Program-made: the position numbers and the translations under genes | From: Antedon mediterranea | Taxonomy: Eukaryota > Animalia > Echinodermata | NCBI RefSeq assembly: GCF_964355755.1 | Contig: NC_092679.1 | Span: 8,338,201 to 8,402,200 of the forward strand | DNA: 64,000 bases | Direction: 5' to 3' | The notes under the pieces: model-generated | Databases searched by the model: none | Told to the model about the DNA's origin: nothing | What the model saw: the letters and a program-made list of their open reading frames with translations, nothing else | Part shown: positions 11,801 through 26,800 of the stretch, one piece after another | Numbering within the stretch: the first letter of the stretch is position 1 | Layout of the letters: each line of letters begins with the position of its first letter

Positions 11801-14800
11801 ATTTTTAAAGTACCATGTTTATATAGCTCCTCAGAATGAAATGAGATATGAATTCATATAAAAATGTTATCTATCGGATGTCATGAACTTGTTTTTTTTC
11901 ACTTGAATTATATTTTCCAGCTTTTTATAATAATTAAAAACAAAATTAGACCATTTCCACATGAAATGACATCATACGAGCATGTTGAATTAGACAATTT
12001 GCGTGTGATTTATTTAAAATTTTACAAAATATTGTCAAAATCATGCCTATTTTTAATCTATTATAGCTCCTCTGCATCAACCGTGACCACAAACTTATAA
12101 TGCAAGTAGATAAGTTGTAGATATGAATTCATGCAAAAAAAAAAAAGTATTATGCTTTTCATGAAATCTTTTTGACATTGAACATTTTTATTTATTTTCT
12201 AGAGGCTATCAACCTTATTATCTCCCTGCTTACTAAAGGACATGACAAGAGTGCATTTGTTATTGTGCGTCTTTTCACAAACTTGACCAATGATGTTACA
12301 GTTTTTCCTGGACAAGATATTAATCGCTGTAATTTTTTCATTGATCACATTGTTCAAATGAAGATGGTATAGTGCTTCATTGTAATATTTTTCCTTTCCA
12401 GAACCTTCTCTTTCACTAAAATATAAACAACAATTGCGTGAGCTAAACTTACTTTTTGTGAACCTAAAATAACATGATCAGCTTAAAGATGTATTTTCCG
12501 CCTGAAAAAATTTTTTGTTGAATATGCCATTTTAATGTAACATAATAGTTATCCACTTTGAACTAAAATTGGATTGAAAAAAAATGTATTTACCAAAAAA
12601 AATTGTATTTAAAAAAAAATTGATAAAATGCTCAAAATGACCTAAAATGTATAATTAGAAATTAATTTTGCTATATTACAGATAACTAATAAAAAGTCTG
12701 ACTTTGTAGGCTAGGCAATCTATTTAAAAAAAAAACAGCCCAAAGTGAAACAAATTGCAAAATGGTCACAAATGATGAGGAGATCACACTTTGAACATCA
12801 CAATGCTGTTCATTTTTACTATAACAATTAAAATGTCACGACTTTGTAGCACTAAATGATTAAACCAGCTATCATGTTTAAAGAAAGTTATAATATGAAT
12901 AATGAATATTTTAACATCATGTATGGGTGTTCTATATAAATGTTTAAAATTCTTAAATACATCAGGAAATCTAGAAATTTAGAACATAATTGTCTTTGAA
13001 AATTAACTGTGTGTGCATCATCCTATACAGAGGATATTAAACTAAATGTCACGATTTGAAGTACAATTTGGAATGCCTATAAATCCTATTGAGAACATTT
13101 TAAAATTTAATTCAATTCTTTATTGCATATTTTTCTTTTCATCTTTTGATTGTGTACATTTTATTTAACTATAGCCACTGGATAAAGTTTGTATGTACAT
13201 GGATGAACTAAAAGAACTTGGTCTTCATCAGTCACCATATATAATGGGTCTTCAGTGTTCTCTCAGACGGGGAGTAGAATATAAAGGTAACCTTTTTTGT
13301 ATAATTTTCATATTTATTATAATAACTGTATATGTATGTCATGTCCTGAACAAACATTTTAAATCTAAAATGTTGTGTTCCACATACTTTAATTATTTTA
13401 TTAGGTTTTAGATATTTTTTTTAGTTCCATTATTATTGGTTATCCGCATAACCCCTTGTTATTGTCAGGATCTTTTTTTTTTTTTCTTTAATCTTCTTTC
13501 TTTCCACGAATTTTGTTCGCAGCGTATCTCTAATTCTGGCCAACATAAGATTGTATAACTTTTTCATAAGATTGACCTGTAGCTGTAGATGTGCAGCCAA
13601 GCTTTTCGACGATGTTGGAGTTGCGCAGCGTAAGTTACGCGCGATTTTATGAATTTCAATGATTGATCATAGATTAAAAACCAAAAGGTGTTTTGTATTG
13701 AAACTTGTTAAAAATTTAAGTCATATTAACCGCAAACTTTCTATGGATTAAAAATGGCATGTTTCACAGAAAGTTACGCGCGCAACTCTAATCAACTTTC
13801 TATGCGTTTCAGGTCATTTTGAGCATGTCAACAATTTCCGCGTGAATACAAAATTGTACGCGCGCGTGTGCACGTAGCGCAGAAAACATCTTTTTTTGCG
13901 TGATTTATGTTTTTCCAGCCTTTTCTAGTAATTTTATCAACTTTTAAAACAATTTCGACCTAAAATCACGACATACGAGCACGTAGAATTAGACAATTTG
14001 CGCGCGTTTTTATGAAAAAGTTCAAAATTTTGTGAAAATTATGCCTTTTTTAAAACTGTAATAGATTCTAAACAACGTGGTGAACTTTTTTAAAATTACA
14101 GATTCTGGAAGTTGATAAGTTGTAGATATCGAATCATGCATCGATATGGCTAATTGGACATAGTGACGTCATCGTATAGCCACTCGAATATAAAATAGCG
14201 GATTTTTGTCTCTTTCGTCATAGCTCATCACATTTAATAGAGCGCATCTCTACTTAGGGGCCGTCCAAAAACCGCGATAACAAACCCTATTGCTTACTCA
14301 ACCATGAAAGTGAACGTCTCTTGCGGTAATGAGGCAAAATCATTCAAGCTTGATTTTCTCGCGGAACTCATGAATATTAATTAATATCGCGAGACTCCCG
14401 GAAGCCTTACAATATCGCGGAACTCGCGGCAGTATTGCCGATACTAGGGAATATAGTGCTTGTTTGTATTAATAACGCTTTGCCAGCCAGGTATTACGGT
14501 AATTGATTTTTACAGAAGAACAAATTATATTTCAATATTGTTTACAATTATTATATCCATTCGTGTGTCTGATCTTGTTTTTGTTATTAATAAATATATA
14601 GATAATAATAAATGAAATGTGAGTGCCCTTCCCGAGTTTTACCACAATAAAAACCACTGAAGTAGATAGAAAATAATGTCAAGAAGATTTGTTTACACAA
14701 CGACTCGGACGAGACGCAAACATCACCTGACTTCGTTGCAAGGGGATTTCTCTTGCTTGCAGAGGCCTCCCTCTTGTGTTTACATTTTTTAACGTTGTCG

Positions 14801-17800
14801 CCACATTGCCACGCCGCTAGCCTGGTAAAAACAACTACCAAGGTAGGCCTAGATTTATTATAAAATGCTTGCTTGTTAAACAATGATAGTCCCCTGTGTA
14901 CAGTACAGAAAGAAAATAATAAATCACCATGTTTCAGATTACGACGCATTACACGCACTCCTAGCCTATCCTCCCACCGCCGATCCGATTGAGAACACAT
15001 GCAATTCAATTCATTGGGAAAACAATTCAATTTGACGCACACGCACCCTCTGATAAGAAATTTCACACGGCGTCGTGTCGTGTACATACATCCTCCTCTC
15101 TTTCCACGTACGCACAAAAGATCTAGAAGGATCGTTGGAAAAACAATTCCTTTTGACGTACACGCACCCTCTGATAAGAAAATACCATGTGCGTTCCTGC
15201 ATGGTGCAGTCCATTATACGTCTAAAATTAGGGGTGTCCACTTTTAGTAACAAAGTTAAAAACGCACCTCAATCCGAAGATCGTTGGAAGTATATTATAT
15301 TTATATTTATTTATTTTTTTATTTTTATTTTTATTTAATTAACGAACGCGTTTTTACCGACCTCAAAGAAATGGTATAGTCCACAATACATGTGCAGAAT
15401 TAATTCTAAACTAACAGAGAGAGAGGGGTCGGCGTCCGTCCGTGTTTTGAATTTTATATTAAAAAAAAGCTTTAGAAATCGAAACTCGGAAAATAACTAT
15501 AATTATATATTCTACTACATAATGTCATTGGCTTGAATTTTACCGTGGTTGAAACCCTGTGTATGAATAGTTTGTAGGGCCTACAAACAAATTGTTTTGG
15601 TATCATTTTCTCCGTTCTATCAGAGTAGTTTAAGTAGGACTAGGCCTAGTACTAGCCTACTGTAGTCATAGTCGGCCAACCTAGCTAGGCCTAAAACGTG
15701 CTATTCTGTACTATGATCTCATCTATTTATTAGGCTACCCGCGGAGCTCGCGATATGTGGGCGGCAACATTTTGATTGTTGATATGAATATTCATCAATT
15801 GCGTTCCGCGAGCATTCCGAATGAATATTTTTGTATCGCACGTTCCGCGGAAACGAGGTTCAATGAACTATGAAGGTAAAATCGCGGAAAATTAGTTTTT
15901 GGACGGCCCCTTATCCGTATTTCATTTTCCCCCATTTTTTATATTGTCTAGGCCAATCAATTATCTTTCGCATGATATACCGTTTTTAAAATTGTGATGA
16001 CGTCATCATGTCCAAAAGCGTCAATAACTTTGGTCACTTATTTTCACCTATTCTGCACTGTATGTAGTACGTATACAGTGTATAGTGTATACCGTATATA
16101 CTTAGACGTGACGTAAAATAGAGAGCGCACTAACATTTTTTCAATGGCATAATCGTTATACTGTGCGCAATATTCTAACGTATTACGTGCACGTGGCGTT
16201 TGCGCTGCGGATAACCTAACTCGTCCGTAGTGACGAGTTCAAATCTAGTTATTATTATTATTATGTGTAGATTTTTCTCATTCTCATAGATTTTCTCATT
16301 TTTATCGTTTTAAGAATTATTTTATATACATCATGGGGATGGAGGAAAGAAAAAAAAATCAGAAAAAATAATATAAAATAACACTAATAAATTTGTGGCA
16401 ATAAACTATTCCATATTAGCACCATGATATGAAAAACCTTTTTTTAATAGCCCCTTTAAGTTTACCCAATTTTAATACTGTACATCTTTATTTGTATATA
16501 GGCTAGCAGCCTAAAAACAATATTAAAATTTGCTAATGCCTTAAGGCAGTTTGCCAAAACTCAGTTTTAATATTTATTTATTCATTCTGTCTTTATACTG
16601 AATGACACTTTCAGTGCTAAAGCATGTTTGATTTCCAAAGTGGTTCAGTAGAGAACATTAACAATATAATACCGTAGTTCCTCGGGTATAATCCCACCTC
16701 GAGTATAATCCCACCCCCGACTTTACGATTACCTTCGCACGCAAGCATATCCCCGGGCAAAGTCCCAGTGTATAATTTATCATTAGGACAGAGGTAGGCC
16801 TAGCTAGCTAGGCCGACGTCGATTTTTTTAAAAGAAATTCTCACCAAAAAATAGAGTAATTTCTCTGAATTCGGCTGACTTAAAACTCATCAAACATTGG
16901 CCATCGTAAAGTTGAATACAACCTTAATCTTCGCGTTCTGCACATCATACATTCGCCGCACACTCGCTCGCCGTGTACATACTGCATGCCTTGTTTACAC
17001 TACTGCATGCTTGATTACCATAAAAAACACCGCCCTCTATACCGACCGGAGCAGTACTGTAGTTCGTGTCGCATGCAACAACATGCGATTTGCACAGAGC
17101 TTGAGCGTGGGGAATCGGGAGAGACGGAGAACTCGTATGAGTTATGTCGATATTATTTAGGAAGCCAGGCCCAGATCACATTTTAGGGTATTTTTTAAGT
17201 AGAAATCTGGGAGAAAATCTATACAGTAGGCATAGACCAATTAGGCCGCCTAGGCCTAGATGACCTGGCAGTCTAATGTCTAGGCCTACATCGGAATATA
17301 GCTTTAGATAGCCTAAATCGTAGCCAGAAGAAATATTGTCATTTTCAGTTCATGCACCGGGAAATCCCCGGGTATAGTCCCACCTCCCAAATTCGAGCAA
17401 ATTTCACGTACAAGGGGGGTGGGATTATACCCGGGGAACTACGGTAATAATAAAACAGTAATTGGTTATCCGCACTTGGCGGATAACCCCTTGTTATTGT
17501 CACAATCTTTTTTTTTTTTCTATGTTCTTCTTTCTTACCACAAATTTTGTTCGCAGTATATCTTAATTCTGGCCAACATAAGATTGTATAACTTTGTCAT
17601 AAGATTGACCTGTAGATGTGCAGCCAAGCTTTTTGACGATGTCGCGCGCGCGATTTTATAAATTTCAATGATTGATCATAGATTAAAAACCAAAATTCCT
17701 TTTGTATTGAAACTTGGTGAAAATTTAAGTTATATCAAGGGCAACATTTCTATGGATTAAAAATTGCATGTTTCACAGAAAGTTACGTGCGCACGCTCGT

Positions 17801-20800
17801 TTAAAATTTCAAAATGCAAAAAATCAATTTCTAATCAACTTTCTACGCGTTTCAGGTCATTTTGAGCATTTCAACAATTTTCAAGCGTGCGCAAAATTTT
17901 ACGCGTGCGTGCACACGTAGCCCTAAAAACATTTTTGTTTGCGTGATTTATGTTTTTACAGCCTTTTCTAGTAATTTTATCAACTTTTCAAACAATTTCG
18001 ACCTAAAATCACGTCATACGAGCACGTCGAATTGCACAATCCGCGCGCGTTTTTGATGATGTATATAAGTTTTTGATACTGATTTACAATATCAATAGTT
18101 GATTGCAACTGTCTATATTAGGCCACAGCAAGAGACATGGATACTCCTGTATTCTCACCGCCTCAGGTCCTTTTTAATCGGTGGTGGTCTCATCAGCTGA
18201 TATACATACAGCTGATCCAGCGAGTACAGAAGTAGCTGCAAAACAATTATATAATAGGCCACTCATAGAATGGTAACCATAAAGAATATTGGCACACAAT
18301 TTGTCCATACATTTTATTTTAAATATATGCTGTATTTTTTTTCTTAGATTATACATTGTCTATGTTGGAGATGATGCACAAAAAGGTATGTGAACTTATT
18401 TTCATCTATATATGTGACCCGATCTCGCAAAACCCTCTCTTTGTCGGCAATTCAAAATTCACGTAATCAGTCAGAATAAGTCCAAATCGACTACCCTGGC
18501 AGATTACATGTTTTTGCATTTTCGAAATGTTTCACTATTTAAGAATACGTCTACCTGATTTAAACCCCCGAAATTTAATTAAAATTATGAAAAAAGAGAG
18601 TTTTAAAAACATGTATTTTCCTCAAGCCTAACAATTTATTCACGATCTACGCTAAAATTTAGCGTAAATTCAGTTGAAAGTTGCCGAGTTTGACGACATT
18701 TTGATCGCCAGTTCGCTACACAATGTTGAAAGGTCACACATCAAAATAAAGCTCATCCATTTGACATTCCAAATATGGAAGTTTTAGGGCGGAGTTTAAA
18801 GAAGGAACCAATGAAAACTTTGATTTACTATGACATAATTTCAGAAAATTCGGTTCTTCGAAGTTTCTGGAACAGCGAACTGCGTGTGTTGCTATGGCGC
18901 ATCATCGCAATAACAAACGTTATTGGTCAACGCGCTAGATGTTATACGCTCTACGCGCGGAAATAAAAAGTTGTTTACATTTTTGTGAGGTTATTTTCAT
19001 TTTACACACAGCATGTCGTAAATTGGAATAAAAACGATTTTAATATTCAAAGTAAAGTGTTCGGCGTGTTCTGCAATAGCTGTAGCCTGTATTTGTTTAT
19101 ACCATAGTAAAATAGACAATTCACGTCATAAATTCAATTGTATTTTCTATATTTTTTTGGGCTAGGCCTTAATTTTATTATGGTTTTGTAGGCCTACTAC
19201 TACTACTGGGCCTAGCTTTATTGTCAATAAATAGTTTTCTTTATACATTTTATATATCCAATCGGCTCTTAATTATTTATTTAATTTATTGTCCAGTCCT
19301 TTCATCTTAAATGTTTTTTAAACTCATTGGATTCAAGTCCAAACATTACAGCGAATCTTCCACGTTATAAAAAAAATAAATGTATTAAATCGTCAATACA
19401 ATGTTAGTAGCTAGCAAGCTGTGACTCTGCAAGGCGCCAAACTTGTCTAGGCTAGTTTACTACTAACGCCAGCCCCAATGTCGATGCACCGCTGCCATAC
19501 ACGGCCTGATAAACACCCATCAGTAGGTCTTAATACTATACAGTACAGGCGATGACGGCGAAAATCTGAAAAGGCCTAGCTAGGCCTAGGCTAGGCCTGC
19601 TTGGTTTTTCACTGTTGATATCGTAAACACCTCCGAAACCAGTTAAAATAAGCTTGACGTTATAATGCTGCTTTTCAATAGTGCAAAATAGTTAATTCGA
19701 GTGACTAAATAAGTTAAAACGGCGTCTGAAATCAGTCAAATTGACTATGATGTGCACGCTGCTATTATATCGCACACACTTCCTGGTATGACGTCATTGT
19801 GCCTTAGACCAAAATATCGCGTTGCTACGGAGTGAGTTTTCAGCGCGTATCAAAAAGAATTTCATTGCAAACTTCAAACGCGATTTTTTCGTAAACTAAT
19901 TGAATGATTTGTAAGTTTTTAAAATGTAATAACTTTTTAAATATTTACTCAATTTTTATGAAATAAACACCACTACAAAGCTTATGATTCAAATAATCCA
20001 AATATATAAAAAATACAAAATGAATATTTCCGACAAAAGTAGGGTTTTGCCAGATCGGGTCACATATATATTTACGTAAGGGCACATTTCAAGAAATCGT
20101 GCATAACTTTTAGAACTTTAATCAATAATATAGAAAATTGGTACATACTTTATACATACATACTGATTTCTAAAAAGGAAACCAGTATACTAATTAACTT
20201 CAGTTGGATAATTAAATATTGAAAACATTTCTTTGTATTGTATGGTAATCATTAATTTGAAAAACTATTTGCATATCTACGGATGTATCACCATTTTCAA
20301 AGATCTTTTCAATGTGTTTTTTTCGTACTTCAGATTACGGACGGTACCTAAAACTTAGAAGTAGATTTATGAAAAATAACTTTTGCTCGGTGACCTATTT
20401 TTCATTGCATAAAGTAATAATAGAAAAAATGTTGATTACGTTGTCATTAACTGCATAATAAATATATTTGTTATGAATTTCGACAAAAAAAAAAAAAAAT
20501 TAACATTTTCTTTGACCAAAAATTGAATTGAATATATTAAAGTTTAAAGTATATACAGTACTTTTACAGTGATTGAAAAAATGATATCTTTTAAAAAATC
20601 ATTTATTGTTATTTAAATTGATGCATATAACCTATAATTCGTCATAGTGATGAATTAAATCTAGTTATTACTGATTACTGTACATGCCTGTTACAAACGA
20701 AAAGAACAATTCACAAAACAAATTCTTGTTAACTGAGAGTGACAGTTAGATACCACGATATCCTACTAGTCGCCCCCATACTACAGTAACAAGAATCCAG

Positions 20801-23800
20801 AGCTCCCAAGTTGAAAAAAAACACCAACATTTTGGGTAAACAATAGAGGGCATGCTATATATAATTTTAAATTACCTAGAGGATGCTATATAAGCTAATA
20901 TTAAGGTATACACAAATCTTGAGCGTACATCATCTAGATATATCTAATACCTGCCTATGTTCAATATAAACAATGAGTAATGCTAGACACTTTTTTTCAA
21001 GCGTGATAGTTTAAGCCACCTACTGTAGGCCTATGATAATTCTGTTATTAAGGTAGACATTTTTTTTTCCCTAAACAAGTTTCATGTAAAAATTCATTTA
21101 AAAGCAAGTCTTTTTCACCTCGTTGGTGAACACCACCTTACTATTATTGATGCATTGTTGAAAGTGTGCTTGGCTTATGTGACCTAAGAAATGCTTTTGT
21201 TTAAATACTGGGCGTCGTTATAAACCGTGCCGGCAGTGTAAATGTTTGTTTTGGAAAAATGTTGTTTTATTTTAAAAATATACAGTGGGTTATCTTAGAT
21301 TTTGAATCTCTAGGCTATGCTTAGGCCTACATTTTTCAGGCGACAATAGAGCCAATTTCAGCAATCTGCATTAAAAATCAAAGAAAATCAGAAAAAACAC
21401 AATTTAATTTCATAGCACTGACTGCTTATTGAAGCTCTCTGTGTATTTCTTTTGTAGGAAATTCCGATAAAAGGTATCTACTTCTATCCATTAATGGTAT
21501 TTGAAGCCAGTCAAAAGAACAATCAAGGTAAATTTCTGGTTGTTACCAGGCTATTTTATTTATTATAAATTATGTAACTTAAAGATGTATTGTCCCTTCA
21601 AACACAAAAAATGAAGGTCAAAATATTCTATATTTAAATTGGATATATTAAAGTTATTCACTTTAAGTTGAAAATTCAAGCCAAAAACAACAAGTTTACC
21701 TAATTAACAGGTAAATTAATTTGATTACATTTCTTCTGGAAAATTGCCGCAAGCGAAATTAAACAAAGATTTCAAACCATGAGTATGCATTATGCATGAT
21801 GCTAATTAGGATTGTTTACGACTCGTTAACTTGGTTAAAGTTAATAACTATTCTGATACTTCAAAATGACCCACTTTTTTTCAGAATATTAAAAAAAAAT
21901 TTTTTTTTTGAGAATTAATCAAAGGGACAATACATCTTTAAGCAAATTTAATTCTTGACCTCATAGTTTTAGAGGGCTTGGAAGGTATTGAAATATCTGT
22001 ATATCTAAACCTATGTCTGAGAAAGTCTGATTGTCAGCTTTTCTCGACATCAGAGCATTTTTGTAGCTTACCGTTGTTGACTTTTCTTGACATCAGTATG
22101 ATTACAGTTAAACAGTGTTTATGTATAGTTTTATTCAAAATATGAGGCCTGGCATCACACTTTTTAAACATTTAGCATTGAAGTTCAAAGTGTGAAAAAC
22201 GGCCTAACTGATTAGTCCGGCAGCCAAGGGGTTTAAACTTGCAATGTTTTCTATAGTTTTTTTTTATGGATTTTGATTCTCGATACCATCAGAATGAAGA
22301 TTTTTTTTTACTGGAGGACTGTCAGCATTGAGCAATTTGCATAATTAGCATAAACAAAATGGCCCCTATTTTTTATAAAACATGCTATATCTCTGGAAAT
22401 ACTGGACGTAGTGAGATAATTTTGTGTGTTTATATTAACTCCAACAGAAATTTCTTTGTAAAATTGACCGAAAACCCCATTTTTAGCAATTTTGATCTTT
22501 GATCTCTTTTACCTCTAAGTAACGACAGGCCGAAGAGAATTAAAAATAGGAGCAAATTGTTCCCAAGATATACATTTATATTCAGTTTAACAGATATTGC
22601 TTGAAAATGACCGGAAGTTTAGTTATTGACCTTTTACATATTTTAATACGTTTAATTCTATTATAATAACAATAATAAATATTTGTCGTAGGGAGCCAAT
22701 TTTGGTGTTGAAATGTTCGCAATATATATGTTTATACTTGTCATAATGCTCAAAATGTCCTAAAAATTGATTAGAAATTAATTTTGCGCATTTTTGAAAT
22801 TTCAACTATGCTTACCCGTGTAATTTATTAAAGTTGTATGAGTTATGCCAGCGGGCATTTGGTTGACTGTGTAGGTAAAGGGGTTGCAAGAAAGTTTCTG
22901 GGAACCAGAGACAAAGCCATCAGAGACCCGATTATTCACTTAACTTCTTGGTTGCTATGGTATGTTGCTGATACCTTTCAATAAATATCCTGAGTGAGGT
23001 TAAAGTTGCAGCGTTTTATAGTTGTCTCGGGAATCATTAGCGCAATTGTTGGTATCATGCCATATTTAAATTCGGTCATTATCTTGTTCGGGTATGGTAT
23101 AATTTTGCATTGAATCGTTCGACTTGACGAAAAATGGTTTGACTTGACAATGAATGATTTCACTTGACAATGAATTGTTTGAATTGATGACGACCGATTT
23201 AACTTCACGATAAATGATTTAGTTTTTACATTGAATTTTTACATTGAATGGAATGGATTGAGGAAATTTGGTGGACTTGGCTTGTCATAATTGTGTTAAA
23301 TTTAATCACTGGATATTAGTATTCAGAAAAACAGTGCAATGATTTTTGCTAGGTATTTTAAATTTGCTGAAAGCAGCAGTTCAGATGAAAGCACCTATTA
23401 CAAATGACATGATAAAGATGTATATACTGCCAGCCATAGAAGGATCCACCGACGAAATCATTCAGGAGTTAAAGGTTAGAGAACGTTTTGTTTTCTCCTT
23501 GGTACTGTATAGCAATATACCATATTGTGTCTAATAAACGCCCACTCTGATATTTTTCCCATATTGCAATGAGTTCTGAATAGAGAATTGCATGTGTAAC
23601 CAGTCCATAGGAGCTGGCGAACTTAAAATATTAGTAAGTGAAAATAATAATTTTACAATGATTTACCTGCCTGGTGACATTTGTTCCTTTTAAACTAGGC
23701 CAATTGTAAGCCTATCGGTTCTGCTTTGTTTACTTCCGCTCCGCCGTGTGTCGCAGGAAAGATTGCTGCATTAGCACATTATTGCGCTCAACACTATAAT

Positions 23801-26800
23801 TGTTATTTGGCAGGGATGGACCGTACCACTGCGACACAGGCATGCAGGGTGTCCCCTTTTATTCCCTCTCTGTGTAAAAAAAGCCAAGTGCGAAATGTAT
23901 GTTTGTTTTGATCAGCAATGATATGCATCCGCATGACCAAAGTTGACATGAAACATTATCTTAGTTCTTCAGACCACAATAAAATTAATATGAAAGTTTA
24001 GTAATGTTATAGCTCCTTAGAATGAAAAGTGATACTCATGATTAAAACGTTTTCTGGAAGCTGTTGAATTGTAGATACAAATTCATGTACAAATTTTGCG
24101 CATCGAATGTTGGTGTATACATTGTTGATAATGTTATTGTATTTTGCATGCGTTGTACCTTTTTGTCTATTAATTAAGTGTATTTTTTTTTGCTACAAGA
24201 GACAAATTTCATACTGTACTATTTTGGTTTGTATAACAATAAAAGATCTGTAACTATGACGTCATCATATGGCCAGTTGAATTATAAGAGTCGTATTTTC
24301 ATATTTTGCGTCATAGTTCATCATATTTGAAAGAGAGCGCATCTATATTTCATGTATCCACATTTCTTCTACACGTTAAAATATGTTGTTGCTCAGAAAA
24401 TTTTCAGAAATTGCTATCTTCGTCTTTCATTTTGGTGATGACGACATGTTAAAAATTAGAATTAAAGGCGGGTCCCATATTTTAACCTATGCTACACTCT
24501 ATTAGTCCAGTAAAGATAAGTCAAAAATAGGGTGAACCTAGAACAAATTGCAACAGAATTTTTTTTTGTTTTGTCTGGTAAATATGGTTCAAATGAATAT
24601 CATATCCAAAGTTTACCAAAATCAGACATCGGGAAGTGGGTTAATTAGCATAAATTCAAAATGGCCGCCATTTGCTATTTTGAAGCCTCATATCTCTCTA
24701 ACGGTTGGATTTAGACCACCTAAGTGCATTACGAGTAGATATAAATGTGATATTAAGCATTCTAATTAGCATATTTAAATTTCCATATGACGTAATTATG
24801 ACGTCATATGGTAGTTGTGACGTCATATATTATGTTATAACTGTTTAAATGACATTATACTATTCGAACAATTTAGGGACTGCAAGAAAACATGTTTCTT
24901 GACATTCTCCTTGTTAAAATGAACATTATTTCCAAAGTTTACCAAAATCGGACGTCAGGAAGTGGGTTAATTAGCATACATTCAAAATGGCCGCTATTTA
25001 TCATACCATTTTGAAGCTCCATATCTCCTTAACGCTTGGTTTTAGACCACCTAAGTGCATTGAGAGTAGATATAAATGTGATATTAAACTTTATAATTAG
25101 CATATTTAAATTGCCATATAACGTACCTATGATGTCATAAGACATATGACGTCATGTATTTTGTCACAATAATGCTCAATTGGCATTATTCTAAGGGGAA
25201 AATATAGAAACCGAAAGGAAAAAATGTTTTAATCTCATGAAAATAGTAGAACATTTACCACATCCAGGTTAAGATCATGGGTATCAGAAGTTATTCGGCC
25301 ACCCTTCACAACATGCAATAGAACATTCCAGTTAATTTTCTGCAACTGCAACTTTTTATAACTGCATATATATCTCATATATATTTAAAGAAATAGGATT
25401 CTTAATTAAGTAATGATTTAATAATTCGACCCCATTCTAAATATGGAGTTGGATCACAGTAAGTTTCCAATCCAAAGTACATACATAGAAAATGTAATGT
25501 TGGCGCCGTCAAAATACTTCCACCATACATGTAGGCACAGCAAGTCTACTTCATTGGCTTTTCTGATGTCTTTTTAAATTTTGGACCAAACAGTTCTTGC
25601 TTAGAATAGAATGCATCCCCCTGTTTCTTTGCAAGTGCAGAGCATTACAAAGATGTTGCAAATTTGCTCCTTAAGATGTTTTCTTTAAGTACCAATTATT
25701 CCACTATTTTTTGCTTCTTCTGTCTTAACTTAAAACGCAATCGCTTTTTTTAATTATGGCAAAGTAAGATATTTAATAGATCCCCATCTGCATTCAAAGT
25801 TTCTATTCCATTTTTCTGACATTTTTTGTCAAGGAAGTTGAATACTGTCTTGTCGAAAAATAAAATACTGTAATTAGTAGTGGCAAGTTTGAAAATTACT
25901 GTATTACCTTAACAACCCCTTTTTGGATTCCGTTGATGTGTATCTTTTAACTGATGGTTCTTCATCCTAGTTAACACTAGGATGAAGTGTCCTTGTTATA
26001 TGCTCATTGAATCTTGGAAACAGGATTCAAAAGATAAACATTATATAAAACATCATAAAAAGTTGTTGTCTCATAAATGATCGACACCAAACAGATGCAA
26101 TGAAATAGCAAATTTGAAAGACCAGAATGGAGATGCTGACTGTACAGAAAACTACAGTATGACATTTATCATTTTCATTTTAATTGAGATGAGTTTGTGG
26201 GAATGATGGGTTTGAATAGCCTGACCCACAATCAATCGCCTCATTACAATATTTTTTTTATTCCTTTACCAATTTAAAGAGATAAAATTCTAAAAGATGT
26301 AGTTTTAGAAAACACAAAACAAGATGTGCGCTTGAGTACAAATCAGTTTCGGAAATACAGTTGATGATCACCTTTCATACGGTTCTGTAGAATATCTATT
26401 TTCATAAGATTTTGTAAATGGAAACTTAATGATAAATTTCAATGGTTTTTACATGTATATCTACTCGTAATGCACATAGGCTGTCTAAACCCAACCGCTA
26501 AGGAGATACAGGGCTTCAAAATGGTATTTTGAATTTATGCTAATTGACCCGCTTGAAGTCTGATTTTGGTGAACTTAGGATATCATGTTCATTTCAACAG
26601 TAAATTCACGTTTGTAATCATATCTTCACAACCATGAATCACAATTAAATAAAATTTGGTACTCATAAATTTCAGTGCATAAATCATCATATGGCAATAC
26701 AATTACGTGCGTAGCGCATGTAACGCATGCGTACGTGCGCTTAAAATTTTCAAAATTTATTTTCGATGAAATAAGAGTACATTTCAGGCAATTTTAAGCG

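Noticed and set aside
14587-15338. Overlapping 80-176 aa ORFs
   Set aside because: They lie inside a Harbinger MITE, arise from an internal ~100-bp duplication and show no recognisable domain.
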